This document shows, one piece after another, positions 37,816 through 50,759 of a stretch of DNA of 64,000 nucleotides. Source of the stretch: Eledone cirrhosa (taxonomy: Eukaryota). How positions within the stretch are numbered: position 1 is the stretch's first letter; each line of letters opens with the position of its first letter. Location: assembly GCA_964016885.1 (NCBI GenBank), contig OZ024741.1:146196001-146260000 (forward strand), read 5' to 3'. The notes below the pieces were generated by a model, which had not been told where the DNA came from, did no database searches, and saw nothing but the letters and a program-made list of their open reading frames with translations. The translations under genes were made by a program, and so were the position numbers.

Positions 37816-38750
37816 AAATATATTTAGTAAAGCCAGTATAATGCAAGTTAGAAATATAGGATTGAAAATGGAAAGCAAACAGTTGACATAGTTTTAACCT
37901 CCGAATATTTATCATAAAATATAAGGTAAAAATGTTAAATGATCTTTTTTTTTTTTGTTTTGTCTTACTTTACTCCAGTTTTCACTGGTATTTCTGAAAA
38001 TATTTCTAATAAATATGTAAAACAGTATTACTAGTGCCATGAAATACACTCAGTACACTACATAAGGTGATAGTGCTTGTGTCACAGTAAAACACTCTTA
38101 GTACACTCTGTAAAATTGTAGTGTTGGTGCCACAATAAAAAGGACACAGTATATGCTGTAGAACTCAAATAGTAACAACTGATAAAAAAAATGTAAAGAA
38201 TGAGCAAGACTTGACCATCTGACCTATCATGGGTATAGAACATGATAACCTGTCCATTTAATGCCAGCTTAGAGAGGCGTGATGATTATGAGGGGAGGAA
38301 GGGGAGGAGAAGAATAGGTATTTATATAACAGCAATTCTTGTCTCTTGCATAAGTAAACAAACTAACTGGTTTTATGAGTAAGAGATGTAACTTTTCACA
38401 AAATGCTTTATTTATTTAGCTGAAATTGAATGAGAGAGTGGATATGAAAACATCAACAAAAATATCTTGCTGTTAACATTTCTTTTAGTTCAATTGTAAA
38501 ACCCTGAATGATTGCTTTTCAGTTGAATAATCATTCTTAATTGTTTGAATAGAACACTAAAATGGTTTAACCAAATATTATTTAAATTTTCCATTCTTTT
38601 GTTTTACATCGACATTGTTGGGATATTTAAAGTTAGAATAATTTTTATTTTCTATCTTACAAAAATTACATTTAATAATAAACTATAAAAGATTGAAGAA
38701 TGTTATAAATTGTAGATTAAGAATTGATATTTAAAATAAGGAGCAACTCT

Positions 38751-38803
<53 letters not shown>

Positions 38804-38857
38804 CCTCTATCTCTCTCTCTCTCTTCCTCTCTCTCTCTCTCTCTTTCTCTCCCCTTC

Positions 38858-38903
<46 letters not shown>

Positions 38904-39129
38904 TATAAGTATTAATAAAATAGATGTTCTTTTGATCAATTACATTTTATTATACATATTTCGGATGTACATATATATTTTGATGTTAGAGTCTTCTCTT
39001 CCTTAAACACTATTTTCTTCTTTGCTTTCTGCGATGAGGTGTTTCCTCCAACATTTGAACAATCTGGTGAACATTGTTACCCAGGGGTTAATTCATGAGG
39101 CAGGCTGTCCAGTGAGTAGATATGTTTGA

Positions 39130-39480
39130 AGCAACACAAGCTGAACATTTTTGCATGGGAACAGGAAGACAATGTTTCCCCCAGAGACTTCAAGATGTTG
39201 GTTGATGAAGCTAGGATATTTAGTTTTTAAGTGGTACATAAGTAGCATCTCGTGCCTCGTCTGTTACAGGCTTTCCCCTTTGCCACAATACTCCATTTGA
39301 TGGTAGAGTTTGTAATCCCACTGTCTTTCAATAGCTAAATATATTTTGACAGAGATGTTGAAATTTAAATTTGCTTGTTATTAAACGTATTCAAGTGCTG
39401 AAAGAAGTGGGTTTTAAATGTATTTTTGGCCAGTCCAATATAAATTTTTCCCTGTACTTCTGATTTATATACAAATCCCC
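39130..39480 (-). mobile_element. Penelope (Hydra-like) GIY-YIG remnant
   Basis: Minus strand YKSEVQGKIYIGLAKNTFKTHFFQH..TSLSKYI*LLKD..IKWSIVAKG..RCYLCTT*K. Confidence 0.75.
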
Positions 39481-39649
39481 TGGGCAGGCATTTTCCTTCA
39501 TCATCATCTCTGTGAGTTTCAATAATTTGAGATCAGTTCTCATTACCTCTGCCCAGGTCTTTCTTTGCTACCTCTTGTGTGGCTTCCTTCTACTGGCATT
39601 TCCATACACACATGCACACACACACACATACACACACACGCACATACAC

Positions 39650-39680
<31 letters not shown>

Positions 39681-40269
39681 CATACATACACACACATAAA
39701 TATATATATATATACACATATATATATGCAAGATCTCAGGAGAATCAGTATCAATGAAACTCCTTAATCCACAGTTCCTGAACACATGCAGATAATCAGG
39801 AATATTTACACAATAACTATAAACAAGAGAGGGTGAGAGCAATCTTTCTGATGAAAGACATTGCCTATGACTTTCAAATAATTTTGAAGATAATAAAGTA
39901 TTTAGAAGTATTTAGTATTATAACTAAATTTCTCCCCATTAATTTGATGTTTGGAAGATTTCCGATAATTATAAACATTTTGAAATAAACTGCTACCATA
40001 GGAATGAGTGATTTTAAATGTGTTAGTAACAAATGAATTAATGTACTAGAGAGTTGTAATTAAAATCAAATAACTTTAATTTACCATGGAGAATATTTTT
40101 GAATCAAGAAACAATTATGAGAGAAAGAAAGTTAATAAATGGTTGCTTGGTTTCAAAAAAGACACACAGTGTGGTGTGGTTTGGAGTGATGTTTCAGTGG
40201 TGCTGTTTAATGTGGTGTTGTTTGATGTGGTGTTGTTTGGTGTGGTGTCGTATGGGGTGGTATTGTGAA

Positions 40270-40850
40270 GACTGAAATACTCTTCCTCTCAAGGAAGTCT
40301 GCACAGTGCACTCTACATGTGAGTGGAGTTCCATTGAAGCAGGTGGAGAAGTTCAAGTATCTCGGGGCCATATTCATGAGTGATGGAAGGCAGGAGACTG
40401 AATAAAGTGCAAAAATTGCAGGAACTGGTCCAGTAATGTGCCAACTTCAGCATTTCCTCATGAGAAGGAAGAGGGTGTAAAAACAAATTCACTATCTTTA
40501 ATTTGATGGTCATGTCAACCCTTCCTATGGTCTTGTATCTCAGGTAATGACTGAAAGATTATGATCATGAATTCAAGTTCTCTGAATTGAGAGATCATAG
40601 CTCTGATACTATGAACATGTGGTCAGAATGTCTCAGGAAAGAATCACTGATCATATTTTATGGGCAGAACAAATAAGCAGAAGACCTAGGGGTAGATGCC
40701 GAGCAAGATGGTTGGATAACATCCATGGGCTTGGTTGGTCTCACTTGGTGATCTAGCCAGATCAATTGGGGACAGTTGTTTCTGACATGACCTACTTGAA
40801 GGTGTACATGCAGACTCTGCCATGGCCCTCCCAGGAATAAGTGACTAAAG
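40270..40850 (+). mobile_element. Rex3/Expander-like LINE 3' remnant
   Basis: PLKQVEKFKYLGAIFMSDGR, ..RRPRGRCRARWLDNI; reverse-complement homolog of 1560-2020. Confidence 0.75.
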
Positions 40851-41429
40851 AAGAGGAAAAAGTGTTTAGTAATGTTCATCAGCATAAAAATGTTAGCTTT
40901 AATAGAGGAAAATACATGTTAAAGGTTTCTGTACATACAGAGCATAATTAGCTTACTATTAAGAAATATAAAAAAAAGGAAACTATAGTGATATTAAACT
41001 TTATTCCATAGGCAATTCATTTAAGTATATATAGTTAGACTTAATATTAAAAAATACAGACCATTTGCATCAATGCAAGCACACAATTGCTGTAAGCAAA
41101 TTATAGCCCCCCAGTGTATTTGTATGACTAATAAATCTATATAACACCCTTTTGAAAGTACTTTTGTTTTATATCATATATTTGATGTTGGAAGTTACAA
41201 TGTTGACTGAAAATGAAACATAATCATATAAAAGATTTGCAATATAAAAAACAAATTCTTGTTTATGATATACTGAATGAGTAATATTTTTTAAAGAGAA
41301 AACACAAACACAAGTGGGCAGAGAATATAACTCACTATCAAAGGTATTGACTAATGTGTGCAGAAGAGAGATGTACACTTAACTTTAGAGACCAGTAAAT
41401 GGACATTTCAAACAGCATAAGAAATGTGC

Positions 41430-41965
41430 TATAAAGGGTTGATGAGTTTCTCATCTGTACAATCAATGGAACAGCTGCTTGAGAAATAAACTAGCAAATA
41501 GCTGAGCATTCCACATACATATGTACCCCTAATCCTTTTATGGTCATATTTCTAACAAGAATATATTGCCTTTCTGTTTTAATTATCAGCAATTATCAGA
41601 GTTTTAGTGAAATAACAAACTTTCAACTTAACAAAAGATATGTAACTAGTGAAATTTAATAATATCTGGTATGTAATAATAAGATTTCAGTTCAAGGTTT
41701 GAATTTAAATATTAACATTTTAATTGAGGTGGTTTGGGTCAGGTTGGTATTTAAAGAGCTAACCGAGTTTCCAGAGATTTTCTGCATAACACAGTGTATG
41801 ACAAAGATGGTGCATTTGATTACAAGTAAAATTAGTTTTTTTCCAGCAGAGTGGACTGAAGCAAGGCGAAATAAAGTGTCTTGTTCAAGGACAAAACACC
41901 AGGAGTCAAACTCATGACCATATGATTATGAGCCATACACCATAAACCCTAAGCTATGGGCCCTC
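41430..41965 (-). mobile_element. SINE split by a piggyBac-type MITE (41530-41762)
   Basis: Flanks match 44050-44290; insert ends TAATCCTTTTA ... TTTAAAGAGCTAA. Confidence 0.6.
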
Positions 41966-42019
41966 ACAGATAAAGATATATATGTGTAATAGTAATATAT
42001 GTGAACGGCAAAGTATAAA

Positions 42020-42685
42020 CAAACTGAGAGAGAAATTAGGCATAAAAGGAATCAAATGCTGTGTGCAGGAGAAGAGATTACGTTGATATGGACATGACAG
42101 CTGCATAAAAAGGTGCAGTGTGCTCAAAATTGATGGAAGCCTTGGAGTGGGAAGACTCAGGAAGACTTGGGATGAAGTGATAAAAGCTGACCTTGCCCAA
42201 TTACACCTCTCAAAGGCATTGACACAGAACCGATATCTCTGGAGCTATGCAGTAATGCAGAAGACCCAACTTCCCTTTGGCACAGGCCATAGCTGAATCA
42301 TATATACAGTACGCCCCACCCTACCCTCCCACTGTAAAGTGGTCATGAAGGTGTCATGACAAAAAGCACCCAGCCCACACTGTAAAGTTTTTGAGTAGGT
42401 GTCATGACAAAAAATACCCTGTCTACACTGTAAAGTGGTCGTGTAGGTGTCATGACAAAATGCACCCAGTCTACACTGTAAAGTGGTAGTGTAGGTGTCA
42501 CGACGAAAAGCACCCGGTACTCAATGTAAATGAGATTGGTGTTAGGAAGAGCATCCTGCTGTAGAAGCCAAGCCAAAATCAGTTCTGTATGAGCAAGACA
42601 TGGTCACCTGACCTCGCATTGCCCACAACAGGACAACTCATCAAACCCCTGCTAGTGTGGAAAAATGAACGTAAAATGGTGATGA

Positions 42686-42690
<5 letters not shown>
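42020..42690 (+). mobile_element. RTE 3' fragment, ~47-bp minisatellite, Nin/Deu-like domain and (GAT)n tail
   Basis: REKLGIKGIKCCVQEKRLR..GVGRLRKTWDEVI; CACTGTAAAGTGGT..GGTGTCATGACAAAA repeated about 4 times; TTGGTGTTAGGAAGAGCATCC. Confidence 0.82.
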
Positions 42691-42738
<48 letters not shown>

Positions 42739-43579
42739 GTGAGAGGCATGTGTGTGTGTGGACGTTTGTAATGTGTGTGTTATGTGTATGAGTGTGTGAT
42801 CCATGTTTGTGCATGTTTGTATGAGTATGTCTTCACATACATCATCATCATTTTCATCATCATCATCCTCATTTTACGTCCGCTTTTTCCCTGCTTGCAA
42901 GGGTGGGACAGGAGCATATGCAGCCACATACATACCATGTGGGTGTGTCTCTACACAACTCTCTATATACAATTATGCACATGCATACATGTATGTGTGT
43001 GTATATATGTGCATGTGTGTGTGTGTATGTGTTTAGACAGATCTTGATATAAAATTATACATGTGCATACATATATGCGTATGTGTATGTATGTGCATGT
43101 ATATAGGCATGTGCACATTAACATGCTTTTGACCATGCATGAGTTTGTCTACACAAAGATATCTATATAAAATTACATAACAATAAATTAATGATAGAAA
43201 TTGATACAGAATACTAGCTTCCTTATAAGACAATACAATTCCTGGCAACTTGTCTTAAAGTAGCAAATTCCTAATTGAATTTGGCATAATATGAGGAAGG
43301 TCTTCAGCATAACCGGTATTAGCCTGCTTCAGGTTGTTTTGCTAGATATTTTGGCTTGTTTTCCCACTTCCTTTGCCATTATTCTATCTATAGATCATTT
43401 TCCATCTTCGGTTGCATATTTCTTTCTTTTTACTATTTTAATCTGAAAGATTTGCCCCCAGAATTTGCCATGATATAGGAATTTGTATTAAATATCTGCA
43501 ATAGTGTTGGAAAAATTGGAAGATATACACTTCATAATTGATTTATTTTAGTATATATATGAGTTTATGTATGTGCGTG

Positions 43580-43614
<35 letters not shown>

Positions 43615-44014
43615 ATGTATATATAAGCACATATACAGATGCATATATATATATATATGTATACACAGTTCAAGAGTAACCAATCTTAAAGAGAGAGATA
43701 GAGATAGTAGAGGAGATATGAGAGGAGAGATTGGTGAGTTAGTTATATATATGTATATATATATATATATATATATGCACACATACACATACATATATAT
43801 GTATGTATATATGTGTGAGCATGTGTTTGTGTATTTTGTATGAGAGTAATGCTGATTTCAGAGATTTCTGTTTAGATTTTGGCTGCAAATAATTATTATA
43901 TTTTCTGTTTAGTATGCAAAGCACAAATCCTGGAGCAATAATAGTAACAGCAATCACCATAGCAATAACAAAACATTTTTTTATCAAACCTGAGCAACAA
44001 CAGCAGTAATAATA

Positions 44015-44430
44015 TAACTGGCACTCCATCGGTTATGACGACAGGTGTTCCAGTTGATACAATCAACAGAAAAGCCTGCTCATGAAATTAACATGCAAGT
44101 AGTTCTCAGGGAGATTCAGTGTGACACAGAATGTGACAAGGCTGAGCCTTCGAGTTACAGGTACAACTCATTTTTGCCAGCTGAGTGGATTAGAGCAATG
44201 TAAAATAAAGTGTCTTGCTCAAGGACACAATGTGTCCATGGAAATCAAACTCATGATCTTATGATTTTGAGCCAAATATCCTCACCACAAAGCCAGCAAT
44301 TTTTTGTGGGGTGGGGAAGTCGATTAAATCCACCCCAGCACATTACTGGTGCTTTATTTTATCAACCACATAAGGATAAAAGGCAAAGCTAACCTCAGCA
44401 GGATTTAAACTCAGGACGCAAAGGGCCATA
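44015..44430 (-). mobile_element. Two adjacent SINE fragments
   Basis: CCAGCTGAGTGGA..AAATAAAGTGTCTTGCTCAAGGACAC and ATTACTGGTGCTTTATTTTATC..AAAGGCAAAG. Confidence 0.75.
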
Positions 44431-44473
44431 AATAATAATAATAATGATAATAATAATAATAATAATAATAATA

Positions 44474-44971
44474 ATTCAAAAAAGAAAATGGTTATAAATG
44501 GAAGAAAACCCCTCTGTCTACACTATATATAACAGCCAAATAACAGCAATTTCACCAACACCACAAACTAGATAACCCCCTATCCCATCACCCCTCTGTG
44601 TACACTAAATACAACAGCCAGATAACGGCAATTTAACCACCACCACCACCAATCCCAGCATAATAATAATAATTACTATTATTATTGTCTCAAGTTTTCA
44701 CAAAATGTTTAATTCCAATATTAAGAAAATATGTCAACACATATATTAAACATACGCAACAAACCGCATAGATACACCGATCAAACGAACTACAGTCTAT
44801 TCAACAAAACTCAGTAACGACAACGCCATCACTATAGTCACCGCCGCCACCACTCCATCTATCACTGCTACCACTATCCCATCACCGCCGCCACCACTCC
44901 TTCATTGCTACCACTACTATTCCCCCATTACCTTCTGTTAACTTACGAAAGGGGAAGGTGGCGGTATCACT
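44474..44971. repeat. Copy 1 of an unclassified ~500-bp direct repeat
   Basis: Colinear with 49896-50441 from ATTCAAAAAAGAAAATGG to GGCGGTATCACT. Confidence 0.9.
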
Positions 44972-45639
44972 GGAGAATATTAATAGTTAATTTTGGATCA
45001 GGAATGTTATAGTCGAAAAGGAGGAAAATGGCAAAATGGCTAAATAGCTAAATAGCTAAATGGCTAAGTGGACAGAGAAGATAATTTCACCACCAACACC
45101 ACCACCACTACCACGCTAAAAACTCTAGTCAAGTTACCCCGACTTCTATTTCTACTTCAACTTCAACACCATCACTACAGTACTACGATCACATCACCAC
45201 CACTGCTGTCTCATTATCGCTACCGCCGCTCTTCTCTCCCACTACCTCCTGCTAAGTACTACTAGCACAGCACCACCACCACTACCACTGTCTCATTATC
45301 ACTACCGCCGCTATTCTCTCCCACTACCTCCTGCTAAGACATGCATCGTAGTGTCCCCACTAAAAGAGGAAGGCATCAAAATATATAAATAGACTGATTT
45401 GATGACCCGGTCAAAAAATCAAAAAAAGCAAAAATCAAAATCAAAGCAGCACAGCAACAACGAAAAACGTAAAGAAAAGAAAAATGAAGAGAAGAACAAA
45501 CAGACGGACAGAGAAGGGAAGGGAAAAACTAAGTCAGACAGTCAAACATTACATTACAGTGAAACTTATGCTCATTCTTTTTTTTTTTTTGCCTGTTTGT
45601 TTGTTTGTTTATTTATGTTCGTCTACAGCGTGATAATGC

Positions 45640-48212
45640 CACACAAAAATCACCGGGAGTGATGAAATCACCGGTGGTTATGTAACCATACATTCACCAA
45701 TCCTCGATAAGAGTGTTTAAATGTCGAACCTAAACAGTTCGAATAACGGTGAAGTGGAAACTAGAATGTCATGTGACAGACTCTCATCCAGCAGGTGCTC
45801 CCTGGCTCAGCAGCAGGGACCTGGCTGTCAACCAAATACTGCTGGTGTCGGAGGAAGAAGAAGAAGGAAAGGGACCAGAACCAACTGGACGAAAGAATTG
45901 AATAGAACTGTTATGCAATGTTACCTGAAGAATAATCCCAAGGAGAGAGGCTATAGGAAACGGATGCATAACATCTGGAACGAGATTGGTCTATTTAAAT
46001 TAGATGAACAAAAATTGGCCGGGCAGGCTCGGGTAATAAGAACTAATGGGTGGATAAGCGAGCTGGAACTGGAGGAACTCAGCAGAGAGATTAGCTTGGA
46101 AATGGAGAGTGGAGTATGCCAGGCAAACGATCCAGTGGGAAATGAAGGTGAAGAGGTTGAGAGAACGGAGGAACCATCCGAAGCAGACAATGATCTGAAT
46201 GCTGAAATAAATAATACCTGGAACAAAGATACGTCCATTGAGGAGATGAATACTGACGAGCTAGGACAAGATTTGGTTGATATCCTAAACTTAGTGGTAG
46301 ATGAATTGAACAATGATAGTGGGAAACCTATGAACCTAAGATTTGTAGACAGGAAAAAGTTAAAAGAAACAACAGCTAAGGTAAACAAAGTCATCCCATA
46401 CCTTGAGGCGAGGAGCCTTCACCAGTGCAACAATATCCTCAAAGCAACAGCAAATGCGGTGAGGAAATTACTTGGTATAAAAGCGAGAGGAAACAACAAA
46501 CAAGAAAGATCAGAGCCTTGGTGGAAGAAACGACTGAATGGTCAAATCAGGGAAATGAGAAATGACATTGGAAAGCTTGAGTCCCTACTGAATGGGACAC
46601 TAAAAAACAAAGACACTAAAAATAGACTGGAAATAAAGTACACAACTAGGAGGAAAAAGCTAAATATTATCATAGAGGAACTGAAGCAACACATTGTAGC
46701 AAAGAGTGCAAAAATTAGGCGATACGAGAGCAGAGTGAGTCAGTATAGACATAACCGCATGTTTGACAACAACCAGAAGATGCTGTTTGGATAGCTTGAA
46801 GGGAAAGAAAGAGGCAACGACTTGATCCCTGAGGCGGAACAAACTAAAACATTCTGGAGAGGAATATGGGAACAGGATGTTAAACATAATGACCAGGCAG
46901 TGTGGATTGAGACAGTACAGAAGGAGATTAGTGAATAGGCACACCAACAAACTGATTTGAGTATCACAGTTGAAACTCTTAAGGGGCAGGCCAAAACACT
47001 AACCAACTGGTAATCACCAGGCCCAGATGGTGTGCAGGGGTATTGGATTAAAAATATAACATCCCTCCACCCGAAACTGACAACCATGTTCAATGACTGT
47101 TTGATGTCAGGTGAGGTACCAGAGTGGTTGACAAAAGGTACCACAGTTCTGGTAATGTAAGACCGAATCAAGGGTAATGATGTTACCAACTATAGACCTA
47201 TCACATGTCTGTCCGTAATGTGGAAACTGTTGACAAGCATTATGTCTGAGGAAATCTACCATCACCCAAACAACTTGTTACCGGACGAACAGAAAGGATG
47301 CTGAAAGAAGTCCCGTGGTACAAAGGGCCAGTTACTTATTGATAAGATGGTAATGAGGAATTGCAAGAGGAGACACACTGGTCTTGCCATGGGATGGATA
47401 GACTACAAAAAGGCATTCGACATGGTACCTCATTCTTGGATCACCAAAAGCCTAGAGATCTTCATGGTGGCAGGTAACATCAGACAGTTGTTGGGCAAAA
47501 GTATGAAGTCCTGGAAAACAGAGTTAACATCAGCTGGAGAATCCTTGGGAGGCGTGAAGATCAAGAGAGGTATCTTCCAGGGAGATAGTCTGTCCCCTCT
47601 GTTGTTTGTCCTTGCCCTGATGCCCTGACCATTATACTGCGAAAAGTGAGAGCAGGATACAAGTTGGGAAAGGGAGAGCTTACCATCAATCACCTCCTCT
47701 TCATGGACGATCTTAAGCTCTTCGGGAAGAGTGAGAAGGAGTTGGATGTGCTTGTTGATACTCTCCGTATTTTAAGCAATTATATATGTATGCAATTTGG
47801 TATTAGTAAGTGTGGAGTCCTTGTGATGAAGAGGGATAAATTGAGCAGCAGCAACAGAATCCAGGTACCAACAGGTGAGATGATAAAGGAAATTGACACT
47901 GAAGAAGGCTACAAATATTTAGGTGTTCTGGAGGCTGATGACATGAAGAACAAAAAAATGAAGGAATTGATAAGATCTGAATACATTCGGAGAGTAAGGA
48001 GCGGATTAAAGTCACATGTGAACAGTAGGAATGCCATAAGTGCAGTAAATTCCCGAACTGTGTTTATTATTAGGTACAGTGCGGGAATTCTGAAATGGAA
48101 TGTTGCTGAACAAAAAGAAATGGATAGGAAGACTAGGAAGCTATTGACTATCTACAACATGTTCCACAAGAGGAGTGATGTCGATAGACTCTACTTAAGG
48201 AGATCTGATTGC
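45640..48212 (+). mobile_element. R4/Dong-clade non-LTR retrotransposon, 3'-truncated pseudogene
   Basis: [95 protein letters not shown]; several stops. Confidence 0.92.
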
Positions 48213-49647
48213 CGCCTGTCCTGTTGCTCGTAGCAGTGGAGCCGGTTTCGGAAAGAGGGGGGTTTTCTCCTTTCTCATGGTCTTCTCATTGCAGAAGGCC
48301 CTGAGGTGAGTCTTCGATCCACAGCGAAAACATTTCGGGCGTTTGCCCTCAACACTTATGGGCAGTTGAGTGCCGTTATCGAAGTCTATCACATCCGGGA
48401 TAGCTTCGATGCACTCCTGGTTGGTTTGGATTAACATCTCAATGGAGGTGCCGACCCAATCTTCTCTTACTATTTTCTGTACTTGCAGTACAGTTGTTTT
48501 GTCCTCGATTCCGACGAGGACAGACGCGGCCAGCCAAGAAGGGGCCATCCCAGGGGGGACGTGGGTTAGTTTGACCCTCACAATTTTTGCCCGCAGTAGG
48601 AGGGCACCAACACCATTTCCTCGCTCCTTAGGGTCACTACGGATTGAGCCTTTGCCTCCTGGGGTGTGGCAAAAAGTACGCCTACGGTGGCATATTTCTT
48701 GCCTCGGGGGATGTGTGTTTTCCGCTGCCACACAGACCCCAAGGCTTTTTGTATTTGAGTCTCTGTGGCTCTTTCCATCCTACGGGATTTTGTACTTACT
48801 GTACGGTACGTGACCGTACAGTGCTGTTGGGTTTCGAAACAATTTTCCGCTGCCTTGCAGATTGCTCGGTGTTCGGTTTTTGTCCTCATTTGTTATGAGG
48901 ATTGTTTCCAGGTTCTTCGCGATACCTGCAAATGATTGGTTTTTCTTTGCTGCTGTTGTTGTTTTTGTTGTCGTCAGAGCTGCTGTTACTTTTGTTGTTG
49001 CTGCAGGTACTACGACTAATGCCGCCGCCGCTGTTGCTGTGGTTGTTGTTGTTGTTGCTGCTGCTAATGCTGTTGTTGTTTATGCTGCTGCTGATGCTGT
49101 TGCGGCTGCTACTGTTGTTTTCATTGTCACTGTTGCTGTTGTTATTACGGCTGCTACTGCTATTATTCCTGACGTCAGACGAATGAAATGGGTTTTCGTA
49201 TTTCCCGCACACCTGTTTCGTCGTTGTCGTCGTCGTCGTGGAGAAATCTTGCACGCTTTGCACGAGACTTTTCTTTTCTGTCGTCGCTTGCGAAAGAGAA
49301 GGGAGGGAGAGAGACACATTTAAAGAAGGGAGGGAGAGGGACAATGTTCTCTCTGCTGTAGTGACGATTGAGGAAGAAGAAGACGGAATGAGTGGGAGTG
49401 ACCTATGAAAATTCTTTTTCGTAGCCATGTTGTTTTTTTTTTGTTTAAAATAAATATTGGGCACAAAACCCCAATAAGCAGTTATTTAACCCCGAAGGGC
49501 CAAATAACGGACAGAAAGATCCCTCTCGCGAGGAGGAGGGTGTTTTTGAATACAAGTTGGTTAAAGTTTTAAACAATTTACAATTGTTATAGCGTTCAAA
49601 ATTTACAATACCTTACAGAGCCGAGCCTCCGTCAACCATAGCTTTCA
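48213..49647 (-). mobile_element. Tx1/L1-type 5' UTR and ORF1 (gag-like zinc knuckle), 3'-truncated
   Basis: ISVEGKRPKCFRCGSKTHLRAFC (CCHC); low-complexity N/S N-terminus; 5' end abuts (AAT)n(GAA)n. Confidence 0.8.
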
Positions 49648-49895
49648 ATAATAATAATAATAATAATAGAAGAAGAAGAAGAAGAAGAAGAAGAAGGGAA
49701 GAAGACACACGTGGTGGTAGAAGGTCATGAAATCGCTCCCGTGAGTTTTTGATTTTTAACATATTTAAATCAATTGTGAAATAACAATTCTTAGTACAAA
49801 TGATGCATAAATAACCGAATCAAGTCTCATAAAAATTTGGATCATAATATATTGTTATATCGCTCAAATATTCAATTTTGTATTATATATTTTAT

Positions 49896-50441
49896 ATTCA
49901 AAAAAGAAAATGGTTATAAATGGAAGAAAACCCCTCTGTCTACATTATATAGAACAGCCAAATAACAGCAATTTCACCAACACCAGAAACTTGATACACC
50001 ACCTACCCCATCACCCCGCTGTGTACACTAACTATAACAGCCAGATAACGGCAATTTCACCACCACTACCACCAATCCCAGCATCATAATAATAATTACT
50101 ATTATTATTGTCTCAAATTTTAACAAAATGTTTAATTCCAATATTAAGGGAATATGTCAACACAGATATTAAACATACGCGACACAAACGCATAGATACT
50201 ACAGATCAAACAAAACTAGTCTATTCAACACATATATTAAACATACGCGACACAAACGCATAGATACTACATATCAAACAAAACTAGTCCATTCAACAAA
50301 ACTCAGTAACGACAACGCCACCGCCGCCACCACTCCATCCATCATTGCTACCACTATCCCATCACCGCCGCCGCCACTCCTTCATTGCTACCACCACTAT
50401 TCCCCTGTTAACTTAAGAAAGGGGAAGGTGGCGGTATCACT
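49896..50441. repeat. Copy 2 of the ~500-bp direct repeat, with an internal ~68-bp tandem duplication
   Basis: Matches 44474-44971; TCAACACA.ATATTAAACATACGCGACAC occurs twice. Confidence 0.9.
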
Positions 50442-50759
50442 AGACAAGGGAGAGGCTAGCAAAAGATATAAATAGATTGACCTAGTGACCCGGCCACCGG
50501 CCAAACGTCAACAACTATGGCACTGCTGGCTCACCCCTTCCCCACCAACAATATAAAAAGCCCCAGCACCACCAGCGACATAGCCAACAACAATAACAGG
50601 CAACTTCAGCAAAAAGTATATTATATTATTGTAATGCACTGGGTAATTGCTGGCCTTGTGCCTGGAGTGGAGACAATTATTAATAATTTCATTCTTAAGC
50701 CACGCAATGCTCACATTAAGGAACCACTCATGATAATAACAATTTAAAAAAACAACAAA

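Noticed and set aside
39841-39895. Additional hammerhead CTGATGA..CAAA (also 35785-35830 and 28103)
   Set aside because: GAAA core or flanking stems are missing; at best dead relics.
48798-48822. 10-bp hairpin ACTGTACGGT..ACCGTACAGT as a terminator
   Set aside because: Lies inside Tx1 ORF1 with no U-tract; likely a local inverted duplication.
44474-50441. LTR retrotransposon bounded by the 500-bp direct repeats
   Set aside because: No TG..CA ends, PBS, PPT or integrase; the interior consists of non-LTR fragments.
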